From: Pseudomonadota bacterium | Lineage (GTDB): Bacteria > Myxococcota > JACRCW01 > JAFGSX01 | Direction: 5' to 3' | Assembly (NCBI GenBank): GCA_043821645.1 | Contig: JBDRCO010000051.1 | Coordinates: 184,928-248,927 of the forward strand | DNA length: 64,000 nt | Shown: positions 38,334 through 48,308 of the stretch, one piece after another | Position numbering within the stretch: position 1 is the first letter of the stretch | Layout: each line of letters opens with the position of its first letter | Notes under the pieces: model-generated | The model's database searches: none | The model's input: only the letters and a program-made list of their open reading frames with translations | What the model was told of the DNA's origin: nothing | Program-made: the position numbers and the translations under genes

Positions 38334-39394
38334 ACGGGCTGATCCAGGCCTGGGACGCCGTGCACGCCGCAGGTGGCCCGCTCAACGCGCTGGGCGTGCT
38401 GCGCTTTCGCGATCCCTGGTGGCTGCTTGCCCTGCTCGGGGCGCTGCCGCTGGTGATCGCGCTGTGGCGTCACGGGCGAGGTGTGCCGCGCTTTGCCACC
38501 GCGGTGGTGGCCGAGCTGAGCAGCCTGCCTGCGACCAGCCGCCGCAACCTCGAGGGAATTCCGCGCCTGCTCGGTATCGTGGTGTTCGTCCTGGGCGCCA
38601 TCGCACTGGCGCGACCGGACCTGCCTGGTCGGCCAGCGCCCCTCGATGCCGAGGGCATAGACATCGCGCTCATCCTCGACGTGTCCACCAGCATGAACGC
38701 GGCGGACTTCTCGCCCAAGGACCGCATCCACGTCGCCAAGCAGGTGATCGGCGACTTCGTGCGCCAGCGCGACTCGGATCGCATCAGCCTGGTCGTCTTC
38801 GCGGGCGAGGCCTTCACCCAGGTCCCGCTGACCCTGGATTACGACCTGTTGCACATGGTGCTCGAGGGCGTGCGCACCGGCGTGATCACCGACGGTACGG
38901 CCATCGGCGACGCCCTGGCCACGGGCCTCAATCGGGTGCGCGGTGGAGTGGCCACCAGCAAGGTCCTGATCCTGGTCACCGACGGCGACAACAACGCCGG
39001 CAGTGTGCCCCCCCTCGAGGCGGCCAAGATGGCCAAGGAGATAGGAGTCACGGTCTTCACCATCCTGGTCGGCAAGGGGGGCCGCGTGCCCTACCCCGTG
39101 GGCGCCAACCTGTTCGGCGAGATGCGCTACGAGTACCGCGAGATCCCGACCAACCCGCAGCTGTTGCAGGAGATCGCGAAGACCACCGGCGGCCGATTCT
39201 ACAGCGCCACCGACCGCGAAGCGCTGCAGGGCAGCTTCCAGGACATCCTGAGCCGCATGGACAGGACCCGGCTCGAAGCCGCGGCACGCCACGCCCGTCG
39301 CGTCGAGGCTGCGCCGCTGTTGACCTGGCCTGCCCTGGCCCTGCTCTGCCTGGCGCTGGTGCTCAGGAGCACCGCCCTGAGGAGCTTGCCATGA
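38330..39394 (+). CDS. batA: BatA-like VWA-domain protein
   Basis: LARP, GIDIALILDVSTSM (MIDAS), PLTLD, GTAIGDAL, TDGDNN; GTGA overlap. Confidence 0.92.
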   Translation: MNGLIQAWDAVHAAGGPLNALGVLRFRDPWWLLALLGALPLVIALWRHGRGVPRFATAVVAELSSLPATSRRNLEGIPRLLGIVVFVLGAIALARPDLPGRPAPLDAEGIDIALILDVSTSMNAADFSPKDRIHVAKQVIGDFVRQRDSDRISLVVFAGEAFTQVPLTLDYDLLHMVLEGVRTGVITDGTAIGDALATGLNRVRGGVATSKVLILVTDGDNNAGSVPPLEAAKMAKEIGVTVFTILVGKGGRVPYPVGANLFGEMRYEYREIPTNPQLLQEIAKTTGGRFYSATDREALQGSFQDILSRMDRTRLEAAARHARRVEAAPLLTWPALALLCLALVLRSTALRSLP

Positions 39395-39403
39395 GGACAC
39401 TCC

Positions 39404-40531
39404 ATGCAGCTCGGTGAGCCCACAGCCCTGTGGTGGCTGCTTGTGGTGGCGCTGACCCTGGCCATCATGGGCTGGAGCCAGCGCGCGCGGCGCCGGGATC
39501 TGGCCCGGCTGGGGGACCTGCCCCTGCTGCGCGAGATGATGGACGAGCTGTCGCCCCGCCGACGGCGGCTTCGCCAGACACTCCGGGTGATCGCCCTACT
39601 CGCGCTGACCCTGGCTGTGCTGCGACCGCAGTGGGGCGACCATACGGAACTCGCTCGTCACCGCGGGCTCGACGTGGTGTTCGCCCTGGACGTGTCGCGC
39701 AGCATGCTCGCGCGCGACGTCAAGCCCGATCGCCTGGACCGGGCGAAGGCCGAGATCTCGACGCTGGTCGGCCAGCTCGAGGGCAACCGGCTGGGTCTGG
39801 TGGCCTTCGCGGGCACCGCCTTCGTGCAGTGTCCCCTCACCACCGACGCCGCGGCGCTGCGCATGTTCCTGTCGGCCCTCGACCCCGAGGTGGTTCCACA
39901 GGGTGGCACGGCCCTGGCCAAGGCCCTGCGGGTGGCTGAGCGGCTGTTCCAGAGTTCGGCAGCCCAGGCCGAGCACAGCGGTCGCCACCAGGGCCAGGTG
40001 CTGGTGCTCATCACCGACGGAGAAGACCACGAGGGTGAGGTGGTCGAGGCAGCCAAGGCGCTCAAGGATCAGGGGGTGACGGTGTTCGCCGTGGGCATTG
40101 GCTCCGAGGAGGGAGAGCCCATCCCGACCTTTGGCGAGAATGCGGTGGTCACCGGCTACCTCAAGGACAAGCAGGGCAAGCCCGTGTTGAGCAGGCTGGA
40201 GCTGGGCACCTTGCGCAGCCTCAGCGACGCGGCAGGAGGGCAGCTGCTCAGCGGCCCGGGCATCGATCGCAACCTGATGCAGGTGGCGCGCGACATCGAC
40301 AAGCTGCAAAAGGCCGAGTTCGAGTCGCGCCTGGTGGTGCAGCACCAGGAGCGTTTCCAGTGGCCCCTGGCCCTGGGCATGCTCGCGCTGGGGGTCAGGG
40401 CGCTGGTCGGCGAGCGCAAGAAGAAGGTCGCCGGGCCAGACCGGGCAAAGGAGCTGACGACGCGACAGCTCACCCGGAACAGGTCGGCAGGGAAACCCTC
40501 GACCACCCCCGGAGAGGCGGTGCTGCCATGA
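39404..40531 (+). CDS. batB: BatB-like VWA-domain protein
   Basis: RPQWG, DVSRSMLARDVKPDRL, CPLTTD, TDGEDHEG. Confidence 0.92.
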   Translation: MQLGEPTALWWLLVVALTLAIMGWSQRARRRDLARLGDLPLLREMMDELSPRRRRLRQTLRVIALLALTLAVLRPQWGDHTELARHRGLDVVFALDVSRSMLARDVKPDRLDRAKAEISTLVGQLEGNRLGLVAFAGTAFVQCPLTTDAAALRMFLSALDPEVVPQGGTALAKALRVAERLFQSSAAQAEHSGRHQGQVLVLITDGEDHEGEVVEAAKALKDQGVTVFAVGIGSEEGEPIPTFGENAVVTGYLKDKQGKPVLSRLELGTLRSLSDAAGGQLLSGPGIDRNLMQVARDIDKLQKAEFESRLVVQHQERFQWPLALGMLALGVRALVGERKKKVAGPDRAKELTTRQLTRNRSAGKPSTTPGEAVLP

Positions 40532-41283
40532 TGCCGTGGGTGCGTGGCCTCGCTGCCGTGATCGTGGCCTGGAGCCTGTTCCAGCGCCCGGATCCCGACG
40601 TGGCCGAGGGCAACAGGCTGCTCGCCGAGGGCAAGGCGCAGGAAGCCCTGGAGGCCTACCAGCGGGTGCAACCGAAGGACGGCGCCGAGCGGCGACGGCT
40701 GGCCTACAACCGAGGCACGGCCCAGCTCAAGCTCGGTGAGTTCAAGGATGCCCGCGATAGTCTGCGCGAGGCCCAGGGCGATGCCGATGCGGGGCTGCGG
40801 ATCAGCGCCGCTTTCAATGAAGGCAATGCCGCGTTCATGATGAAAGACCTCGCGGGCGCGGTGGACGCCTACCGCCGGGTGCTGCTCGCAGATCCGAAGA
40901 TGGCTGAGGCCCGGCGCAACCTGGAGATGGCCCTGCGCGCCATGGAGAAGCCCGACGCCGGGCAGCCCGATGCCGGTGACCAGGGTGACGGCGGTGGCGG
41001 CGACTCAGGAGACGGCGGATCCGGCGATGGTGGTTCACAGGGGGGTGACGGTGGTTCCGGGGGGAGCGACGGAGGGACCTCCTCCGGCGACGCGGGCCGC
41101 GGTGGTGACGGCGGCAGCTCCGGAGCCCAGCAACCTCAGCCCACGCCACAGCAGCCGCAGGAGATCTCGAAGCAGGATGCGTTGCGACTGCTCGACGCCC
41201 TGCGCGATGCGGAGCAAGATCGGCTGCTGATGCGCTACCTGGACCAGCAGAGCAGCAGCGCCGAACCGGAGAAGAACTGGTGA
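40528..41283 (+). CDS. batC: BatC-like TPR protein with a Gly/Asp linker
   Basis: YNRGTA, FNEGNA and RNLE TPR motifs; A.RLLDAL; terminal EKNW. Confidence 0.88.
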   Translation: MMPWVRGLAAVIVAWSLFQRPDPDVAEGNRLLAEGKAQEALEAYQRVQPKDGAERRRLAYNRGTAQLKLGEFKDARDSLREAQGDADAGLRISAAFNEGNAAFMMKDLAGAVDAYRRVLLADPKMAEARRNLEMALRAMEKPDAGQPDAGDQGDGGGGDSGDGGSGDGGSQGGDGGSGGSDGGTSSGDAGRGGDGGSSGAQQPQPTPQQPQEISKQDALRLLDALRDAEQDRLLMRYLDQQSSSAEPEKNW

Positions 41284-43067
41284 GCCCTCGACGACACAGC
41301 ACCGTGCTCCTGATGGCCACGAGTCTTCTCCTGGCCGCCCAGGTCCGGGCCCAGGATCTTCGCTACACGGTGGAACCCGAGGCGAGCCAGGTCGCGGTGG
41401 GTCAGCCCTTCCAGGTGGTGTGTCGCATCAGCGCGTCGAGCGAGATCGAGGACATCGAGCTTCCGGATCTGGGCGAGCTGCTGCAGCTGGGCTCGTCGCG
41501 CTCCGAGGGGTCCCAGGTCACCATCAGCAATGGCCAGCTCAACGTGGCTCGCCAGATCACCATCGTGCTCAGCCTGCAAGCCGAGCAGCCAGGGCGCTAC
41601 ACCCTGGGCCCTGGCTCGGCCCGGGCAGGGGGGCAACGGGTGCAGAGCCGCGCCGTGATCGTCGAGGCCCGGGGCCAGGCGCGCGCGGGCTCCAGCCCCG
41701 CTCCAGCCACGACGCCCCCGAGCTCCGAACCGCTGCCGCAGCAGGGCACGCAGGGTTTCGAAAAGGTCTTCGTCGCGCTCGCGGTGGACCAGGCCCAGGT
41801 CGTGCTCGGCCAGCAGATCACCGCCACGCTCACGCTGTACAGCCGGGTCGACCTGAGCGACATCCAGAACGTGCGCTTGCCGGACTTCCAGGGGGTGGTG
41901 GTCGAAGAACTCGATGCGCCACGCCGGGTCTCGGGCCGCCCCGTGCTGCTCGACCGCAAGCGCTACCAGGCCTACAGGCTGCGCAGCCTGGCTCTGTTCC
42001 CGACCCAGGCCGGTCTGCTGCAGCTGCCTCCCGCCTCGGTGGTGGCCGTCGTGGGCGGTGGCTTCTTCAATGCCGGGCAGCGCGCGCAGTTGGAGAGCGA
42101 GCCGGTGGAGGTCGAGGTGCTGCCCTTGCCCGTCGAGGGCCGACCACCCGGCTTCGAACCGGGCAACGTCGGTGACTACGCCCTAGAGGTGACGCTGTCC
42201 TCGCGCACCCTGACGCTGCGCGATCCCCTGACGGTCAAGGTGGCCGTGGTTGGCAGCGGCAATCTGCGCGCGGTCACGGCTCCACCCCTGACTGCGGTCG
42301 ATGGCTTTCGCGTGTACCAGCCCACACCCTTCGAGGACCTGCAGATCGGCGATGGTACCGTGCGCGGCCGCAGGGGCTATGAGGTGCTGCTGCAACCCCA
42401 GCGTCCGGGCCAGCTCACCCTGCCCTCGCTGGTGTTCGCCTTCTACGATCCGGTGCAGCGGCAGTATCGCAGCGCGCGCAGCGACGCGATCGTCGTCGAG
42501 GTCACCGGCGTTGCCGCGAGCGAGACCGCGGGGTTGGACGATGCGGCCACAGCGGCGTCGGCCACGCTCCTGGCGGCTCGCCCGGTCCGCCTCTCCCCCG
42601 CCAGTGCCACCCCGGCCAGGCCCTGGTCCCGCAGCGTCATGATGAGCATGCTGTTCGGGCTGCCGGCCCTGGCTGTGATTTTGGTATGGGCGGATGGTGC
42701 GCGTCGACGTCGTCACGCCTCGCGCACCCTGCAACGGCAGCGGGAACGCGTGCGCGCTCGCCGAGCGGTGCTCGAGGGGGCCGGACGCCTCAACGCCGAC
42801 GCCCTGGCGCGCGAGGTCGAACATTATCTCGAGCTGGTGCTCGGGCAACCGGTGCGGGGGCTCACCCGCGAGGGCCTGGATCAGCTGCTCGTGCAGTGCG
42901 GTGTCGACGGAGACCACGCACATCAGGTGCATGCCTTTGGCGCGGCAGCCGAGGCCTCGCGCTTTGCCCCGCCCGATCTCCGCGGCCAAGACGACCTGGC
43001 CACCCGGGCGCGGGCTCTGGTCGACGTCGTCGAGCAGTGCCTGCGGGATCAGGAGAGCAGGCCATGA
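41280..43067 (+). CDS. batD: BatD family protein
   Basis: Signal peptide, repeated Ig-like BatD domains, VG.Y, GSGNL, FYDP...Y, then a TM helix. Confidence 0.88.
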   Translation: MSPRRHSTVLLMATSLLLAAQVRAQDLRYTVEPEASQVAVGQPFQVVCRISASSEIEDIELPDLGELLQLGSSRSEGSQVTISNGQLNVARQITIVLSLQAEQPGRYTLGPGSARAGGQRVQSRAVIVEARGQARAGSSPAPATTPPSSEPLPQQGTQGFEKVFVALAVDQAQVVLGQQITATLTLYSRVDLSDIQNVRLPDFQGVVVEELDAPRRVSGRPVLLDRKRYQAYRLRSLALFPTQAGLLQLPPASVVAVVGGGFFNAGQRAQLESEPVEVEVLPLPVEGRPPGFEPGNVGDYALEVTLSSRTLTLRDPLTVKVAVVGSGNLRAVTAPPLTAVDGFRVYQPTPFEDLQIGDGTVRGRRGYEVLLQPQRPGQLTLPSLVFAFYDPVQRQYRSARSDAIVVEVTGVAASETAGLDDAATAASATLLAARPVRLSPASATPARPWSRSVMMSMLFGLPALAVILVWADGARRRRHASRTLQRQRERVRARRAVLEGAGRLNADALAREVEHYLELVLGQPVRGLTREGLDQLLVQCGVDGDHAHQVHAFGAAAEASRFAPPDLRGQDDLATRARALVDVVEQCLRDQESRP

Positions 43068-43819
43068 TCACCCTCCTCGCCTGCCTGGGGCTGGCCTCGG
43101 TGCTGGCCTCCGACGTGGACAGTGCCCTGGCCGAGGCCCGCGACGCCGTGCAGCGTGGAGACTTCGCGGCTGCGGAGGGCGCCTACCAGCGCGCCATCGC
43201 CGTGGGCGGTGCCAGCGCGGATCTGCTTTACAACCAGGGCACCGCGGCCCTCAAGGCGGGCCATATCGGAGAAGCCAGCCTGGCTCTCGAACGTGGCCAG
43301 CGCCTGGCGCCTGCAGACGAGGACATCGCCTTCAACCTCGCCCGTGTGCACGAGCGCATTGGTGGCCCGCTGGCCAGCGCCGCGGTGCTGCCGCGGCCGG
43401 GCGCCAGCGTGCTGCAGGAGACGACATCGACCTGGCAGCGCCGGGCCATCGTCGCGCTGGGCGTGATGCTGTTGCTGCTTGCGGGCCGGGCTGCTTCCGT
43501 GACGCGCTGGGTGCTGGCACGCCGCCTGCTCCTGGCCACCGCGCTGGCCTGTGGGGCCGCGGGGATGGGCCTGGGAGTGGTGGCCCTGCAGCGCGCCGAG
43601 CTGGATGCTCGCGGCGATGCGGTCCTGGTGGCACCCGCAAGCCAGGCCGCGCGCGAGGCCCCCGCGAGCGACGCCCCCGCCGTATTCACCATCGAGCCTG
43701 GCATGCCGCTGCAGATCGTGGATCGGTATCAGGGCTTCGCCCGCATCCGCCTGCTCAACGGACTCGAGGGCTGGGTCGTGGCCAGCACCACCGTGCAACT
43801 TGCTGAACAAGACAGGTGA
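43064..43819 (+). CDS. batE: BatE-like TPR + SH3 protein
   Basis: LYNQGTA...ERGQRLAP..EDIAFNL, two TM helices, SH3 IRL.NGLEGWV. Confidence 0.85.
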   Translation: MITLLACLGLASVLASDVDSALAEARDAVQRGDFAAAEGAYQRAIAVGGASADLLYNQGTAALKAGHIGEASLALERGQRLAPADEDIAFNLARVHERIGGPLASAAVLPRPGASVLQETTSTWQRRAIVALGVMLLLLAGRAASVTRWVLARRLLLATALACGAAGMGLGVVALQRAELDARGDAVLVAPASQAAREAPASDAPAVFTIEPGMPLQIVDRYQGFARIRLLNGLEGWVVASTTVQLAEQDR

Positions 43820-43852
43820 CCGCGCCCGCCCGCTTTGGATAGAGTGCGGCGC

Positions 43853-44755
43853 ATGATCCGTCCCCAGACAGCTCCCTGCGGCGTGCTCGCCCTGCTTCTG
43901 CTCGGGTCGGGCTGCGCCACTCTCGAAAAAGCCTTCAGCGAGGAGGGCGTGGTCTTCAAGCCCACCGCCCGCGGCAACTTCGAGGCCGGCGAGGAAGCCC
44001 TGACCGACAAGAACTGGGAAGAGGCGGTCAAGTACTTCGGGCACGTCAAGACCAAGTTCCCCTATTCGAAGTACGCCGTGCTGGCCAGCCTGCGCACCGC
44101 CGACGCCCATTTTGGCGACGAGAAGTACCTCGAGGCCATCGACGCCTACCGCAGCTTTGCCAAGCTGCACCCCAAGCACGAGCAGGTCCCCTACGCCGCG
44201 TTCAAGGTCGCAGAGTGTTATTTCGAGCGCATGCCCGAAGAGTGGTTCTTCTTGCCCCCGGTCGAGGAGAAGGACGCCACACCGGTGCTCGACGCCCAGG
44301 CCTCGCTGAGAGATTTTCTGGGCCGTTACCCTGACGACGCCAACGCGAAGCGGGCCAAGGACATGCTGAACGAGCTGCAGCAGCGTCTGGTCTCCCACGA
44401 GCTGTACGCCGCGGACTTCTACCGTCGCCAGGGACGCTGGCGTGCGGTCGCCTGGCGGGCCCAGACCGCGGCCGAGAGGTTCCCCGAGAGCACCGAGGCA
44501 CCGGGTGCGCTACTGCGCGCCGCCGAGGCCTACGAGGAACTGGGCGAGGGGAAGGCAGCCTTGCGTGTCTACCAAAGCTTGAGCGAGCGGTATCCCGCCA
44601 GTGAACAGGCCAAGACGGCGCTGGAGCGCGTGACCAAGGGAGTGGCTCACCCGGACGCGGATGAGCGAAGCCCCAACGACAGCGCCGAGACGCCAGCGCC
44701 GGCGGAGACGCCCGGGGCCAAGAGTGACGATGGCGAGGACGAGTCTGGGGAGTAG
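43853..44755 (+). CDS. bamD: Outer membrane protein assembly factor BamD
   Basis: Lipobox GSGC, KFPYSKYA, F.KLHPKH, HELYAADFY. Confidence 0.92.
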   Translation: MIRPQTAPCGVLALLLLGSGCATLEKAFSEEGVVFKPTARGNFEAGEEALTDKNWEEAVKYFGHVKTKFPYSKYAVLASLRTADAHFGDEKYLEAIDAYRSFAKLHPKHEQVPYAAFKVAECYFERMPEEWFFLPPVEEKDATPVLDAQASLRDFLGRYPDDANAKRAKDMLNELQQRLVSHELYAADFYRRQGRWRAVAWRAQTAAERFPESTEAPGALLRAAEAYEELGEGKAALRVYQSLSERYPASEQAKTALERVTKGVAHPDADERSPNDSAETPAPAETPGAKSDDGEDESGE

Positions 44756-44891
44756 CGGGCATGCGCCAGTCGTGGTCCCCGGCGACCTGCTCTGGCGACG
44801 TGGGACATCCCGACGGTTTGGGTTTTTGACTTGCTGAGGTTCTCGGGTTACCAGTAGTGATGCAGGCCCGCCGCGAGTGGCGGCATGCCCG
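44756..44891 (+). ncRNA. Candidate structured RNA (long irregular hairpin)
   Basis: Four nested helices with several G-U pairs on the + strand span the whole intergenic gap (see findings). Confidence 0.45.
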
Positions 44892-44906
44892 GCAGAAAGG
44901 CGCAGG

Positions 44907-45656
44907 ATGGACGAAGCGCTCAAACAGGCCTTGTCCCTGGGGCGCAGTTTCTACGCCAACAAGGAGTACGACAAGGCCGAGCCCCACCTCGCCAAGGTGG
45001 CCTCGGAAAAGCCGGGCTTTGCCGACGTGCACAACATGCTCGGGGTCATCTACCACGATCGCGGCCAGTTCGAGAAAGCCGAGAGGTGCTTCGAGGTGGC
45101 GGTGGCGATCAATCCCAAGTACACCGAGGCGGCCCTCAACCTGGCTGTGACCTACAACGACCAGGGCAAATACGCCGAGGCCAAGTCCATCTACAAATCG
45201 GCCCTGACCGCGGCCGCCGAGAGCCCGAGCGACCTGGACCCCTTCGTCGCTGGCAAGATCGCCAACATGTACGCCGACATCGGCGATGTGTACGCCTCCT
45301 GTGGGTCTTTCCACGAGGCCATCCTCGAGTACCAGCGGGCGCTGGCACTGCGGCCCCAGTTCGTGGACATTCGCCTCAAGCTGGCGAACGCCTATCGCGA
45401 TCTCGGAAACAGGGATGCGGCCTTGCGGGAATATGATGCTGCCCTGGGGATGAGCCCGGACTTCGTGCCGGCGCTCCTGCACCGCGGCATCGCGCGCTAT
45501 GCAGCTGCGAACATTCCTGGCGCCGTGGCCGATCTCGAGGACGTGTTGCGCAAGGAGCCCGAACACAGCCGCGCGAAGCTTTACCTGGCCATGATCCGCG
45601 ATCGCCAGGAAGCCGAGCCCGGTGCCGGGGACGAGACTTCCGAGGGAGGCCGCTGA
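44907..45656 (+). CDS. TPR protein
   Basis: Multiple TPRs (FADVHNMLG, NPKYTEAALNLA). Confidence 0.9.
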   Translation: MDEALKQALSLGRSFYANKEYDKAEPHLAKVASEKPGFADVHNMLGVIYHDRGQFEKAERCFEVAVAINPKYTEAALNLAVTYNDQGKYAEAKSIYKSALTAAAESPSDLDPFVAGKIANMYADIGDVYASCGSFHEAILEYQRALALRPQFVDIRLKLANAYRDLGNRDAALREYDAALGMSPDFVPALLHRGIARYAAANIPGAVADLEDVLRKEPEHSRAKLYLAMIRDRQEAEPGAGDETSEGGR

Positions 45657-45683
45657 TGTCGAGGCGGGAGAAGGGGTGCCGGG

Positions 45684-46598
45684 GTGGCGACTAACCAGTC
45701 CACGGGCTTCGCCCTGCGCTTCATCTCTGGCAAGTACCAGGGTGGCGAGTTCCCGCTGCCCTCCGACAAGGAGCTTGTCATCGGCCGCTCGTCCGACCTC
45801 GACATGGTGCTTGTCGAGGACATGGTCTCACGCAAGCACGCCAAGATCACGACCCACGACGGTGACATCGTGATCATGGATCTGGGTTCCACCAACGGCA
45901 CCTTCGTCAATGGCGAGCGCATCAAGAAGTCGCGCCTGAAGGAAGGTGACCGGATCTTGATCGGCACCTCCATCGTCAAGCTGATCAATGCCGCCGACGC
46001 CGCCCTGGATAGTTCCCGGGGCATGATGCCAGCCGAGGATCAGGCGGCAGGCAAGAGCTCGACCATGTCGGGCTCCATCGCCGAGGTGCCGCTTCCCGAC
46101 CTGCTGCAGCTTTTTGGCACCAGCAAGAAGAGTGGCGTGCTGTCCATCCGTGGTGCTCACGAGGGACACATCTACCTGCGACAGGGTCGCGTGTACTACG
46201 CGCTCATCGATCAGAACCACGAACTGGGACCGATGAAGGCGCTGTGCCGGATGATGAACTGGCAAAACGGCGACTTCGAGTTGCAGCCGCCGTCCAACGA
46301 ATCCTTCACCTTCGAGCTCGACGACGCCACCGAGGCCCTGATCATGGAGGCCATGCGGCAGATCGACGAACTCGGGCGCATCAAGAGCCAGGTCCCACCG
46401 GCCACGGCCACCCTGGGTGTGATGGAACCTCTCATGGCGGCGCTGTCGGAGTTGAGCCGCGAGCAGCTAGACATCTTCCAGCTCGCCTTCAACTACGGCG
46501 TGGTGCAGGACGTCCTGGACCAGGCCCCTGGCACCGATTTCGAGACCTACACCGCGCTGGTCGACCTGATCCAGGGCGAGTACCTGCGCATCTTGTAA
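45684..46598 (+). CDS. FHA + DUF4388 domain protein
   Basis: IGR, VSRKHA, DLGSTNGTFVN (FHA); MSGSI.EVPLPDLLQL...KKSGVL (DUF4388). Confidence 0.92.
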   Translation: MATNQSTGFALRFISGKYQGGEFPLPSDKELVIGRSSDLDMVLVEDMVSRKHAKITTHDGDIVIMDLGSTNGTFVNGERIKKSRLKEGDRILIGTSIVKLINAADAALDSSRGMMPAEDQAAGKSSTMSGSIAEVPLPDLLQLFGTSKKSGVLSIRGAHEGHIYLRQGRVYYALIDQNHELGPMKALCRMMNWQNGDFELQPPSNESFTFELDDATEALIMEAMRQIDELGRIKSQVPPATATLGVMEPLMAALSELSREQLDIFQLAFNYGVVQDVLDQAPGTDFETYTALVDLIQGEYLRIL

Positions 46599-46767
46599 GC
46601 CGCGGCCCGCTCCCCCATACTCGACGGCGTGCGCAAGCCAGTGGTTCCCTGCGGAGGTCTCGGCGAGCCTCCCCTGCCGGGAAGAAATCCCGGCGCGACA
46701 TTATTCCCGGCTCCGGCTTCGCCAGGACGCACCGTGGATCTTTCGGCACAACAACCTCGGTGGCCAC

Positions 46768-48267
46768 ATGAGCGTTGAGCGTTCATCCCGGCTCCGCAGC
46801 ATCTTCGCCTGCCAGGAGTGCGGCCACCAGGTGGCCAAGTGGCACGGCCGCTGCCCGGCCTGCGGCGTGTTTGGCAGCCTGGTCGAGGAGAGGGCGCCCG
46901 GCGAGGAGCGTCCAGCCGCGCGTGGTCAGGGTCGGCTCGCCGAGGGTGATTCAACGCCGCAGCTCATCGACGCCATCACCGCGTCCCCTGAGGCACGCTT
47001 GTACACGGGCAGCGCAGAGCTCGACCGCGTCCTCGGGGGCGGCGTGGTGCCGGGCATGCTGATCCTGGTCGGCGGGGATCCCGGCATCGGCAAGTCCACC
47101 CTGGTGCTCGCGGCCTGCGACCGGCTCGCGCAGCAGGGTGCGCGCTGCCTCTATGTCACCGCCGAGGAGAGCCTGGCCCAGGTCAAGCTGCGCGCGCAGA
47201 GGCTGGGTCTGCAGGGGAGCACCCTGCAGGTGGTTGCCGAGACCGACCTCGACCGCATCGAGGCCCACGTCGAGAACCTGGCCCCTGCGGTGCTCGCGGT
47301 GGATTCGATCCAGACCGTGTACAGCGCTGCCCTCGACAGTGCACCTGGTTCCGTCGCCCAGGTGCGTGAGGCCACGGCGCGCCTCATGTACCTGGCCAAG
47401 GGCAAGGGCGTGGCGACCTTCGTGGTGGGCCACGTGACCAAGGAAGGCACCATCGCCGGACCGCGCATGCTCGAGCACATGGTCGACACCGTGCTCTACT
47501 TCGAGGGTGAGTCGGGTGGCACCTACCGCATCCTGCGTGCCCACAAGAACCGGTTCGGCTCGACCAACGAGATCGGTGTGTTCGAGATGCGCGCCGAGGG
47601 GCTGGTCGAGGTCAGCAATCCCTCGGCCCACCTGCTGGCCGAGCGACCCGAGGGGGCGGCGGGCTCCGTGGTCGTGCCCACGGTCGAGGGCACGCGCCCT
47701 CTCCTGGTCGAGGTCCAGGGTCTGGTGGCGTCGAGTCCCTTCGGCACACCGCGCCGTACCGCGCTGGGCATCGATCCCAACCGGGTGGCCTTGCTCTGTG
47801 CCATTGCCGAGCGCGCCCTGGGTGTCGACTTCGTGGGACAGGACATCTACGTCAACGTGGCGGGTGGCGTGCGGCTCAGCGATCCCGCCGCCGACCTGGG
47901 TGTGGCGCTGGCGCTGGTGTCGTCGGCACAGCGACGTCCAGTGGCCGCCACCACGGTGCTGATCGGCGAGCTGGGTCTGTCGGGCGAGGTCCGCAGCGCT
48001 CCGCTGATCGAACTCCGGCTGGGCGAGGCCGCCAAGCTCGGCTTCACGGACGCCGTGCTGCCCGCGCGCCAGACCCGAGGCCTGTCCATCCCGGGCTTGA
48101 CCCTGCACCCCGTACGAACCCTGGAGCAGGCCCGCGAGGTGGCACTGGAGGCCGTGCACGCGGCGCCCCCACATGACGCGCGGAGGCAAGGCGCCGAGCG
48201 GCAGGACAGGACAGCACCCCCCGGTGAGTTGAGGGCCGACATGTCGAGGGGCCGGTTCAAGGCGTGA
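46768..48267 (+). CDS. radA: DNA repair protein RadA/Sms
   Basis: CQECG..KWHGRCPAC, GGDPGIGKST, KNRFG, Lon-like C-terminal domain. Confidence 0.97.
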   Translation: MSVERSSRLRSIFACQECGHQVAKWHGRCPACGVFGSLVEERAPGEERPAARGQGRLAEGDSTPQLIDAITASPEARLYTGSAELDRVLGGGVVPGMLILVGGDPGIGKSTLVLAACDRLAQQGARCLYVTAEESLAQVKLRAQRLGLQGSTLQVVAETDLDRIEAHVENLAPAVLAVDSIQTVYSAALDSAPGSVAQVREATARLMYLAKGKGVATFVVGHVTKEGTIAGPRMLEHMVDTVLYFEGESGGTYRILRAHKNRFGSTNEIGVFEMRAEGLVEVSNPSAHLLAERPEGAAGSVVVPTVEGTRPLLVEVQGLVASSPFGTPRRTALGIDPNRVALLCAIAERALGVDFVGQDIYVNVAGGVRLSDPAADLGVALALVSSAQRRPVAATTVLIGELGLSGEVRSAPLIELRLGEAAKLGFTDAVLPARQTRGLSIPGLTLHPVRTLEQAREVALEAVHAAPPHDARRQGAERQDRTAPPGELRADMSRGRFKA

Positions 48268-48308
48268 AGGGAATCCGACGAGCGGGGAGCTCGACGAGGT
48301 GAACTGCG

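Noticed and set aside
40960-41125. GGxGAC-rich repeat as a DNA repeat element
   Set aside because: It encodes the Gly/Asp low-complexity linker of BatC.
46676-46712. GCCGGGA...TCCCGGC hairpin upstream of radA as an SOS box or riboswitch
   Set aside because: No recognisable LexA box or aptamer consensus; a short GC-rich stem could be chance or a simple pause site.
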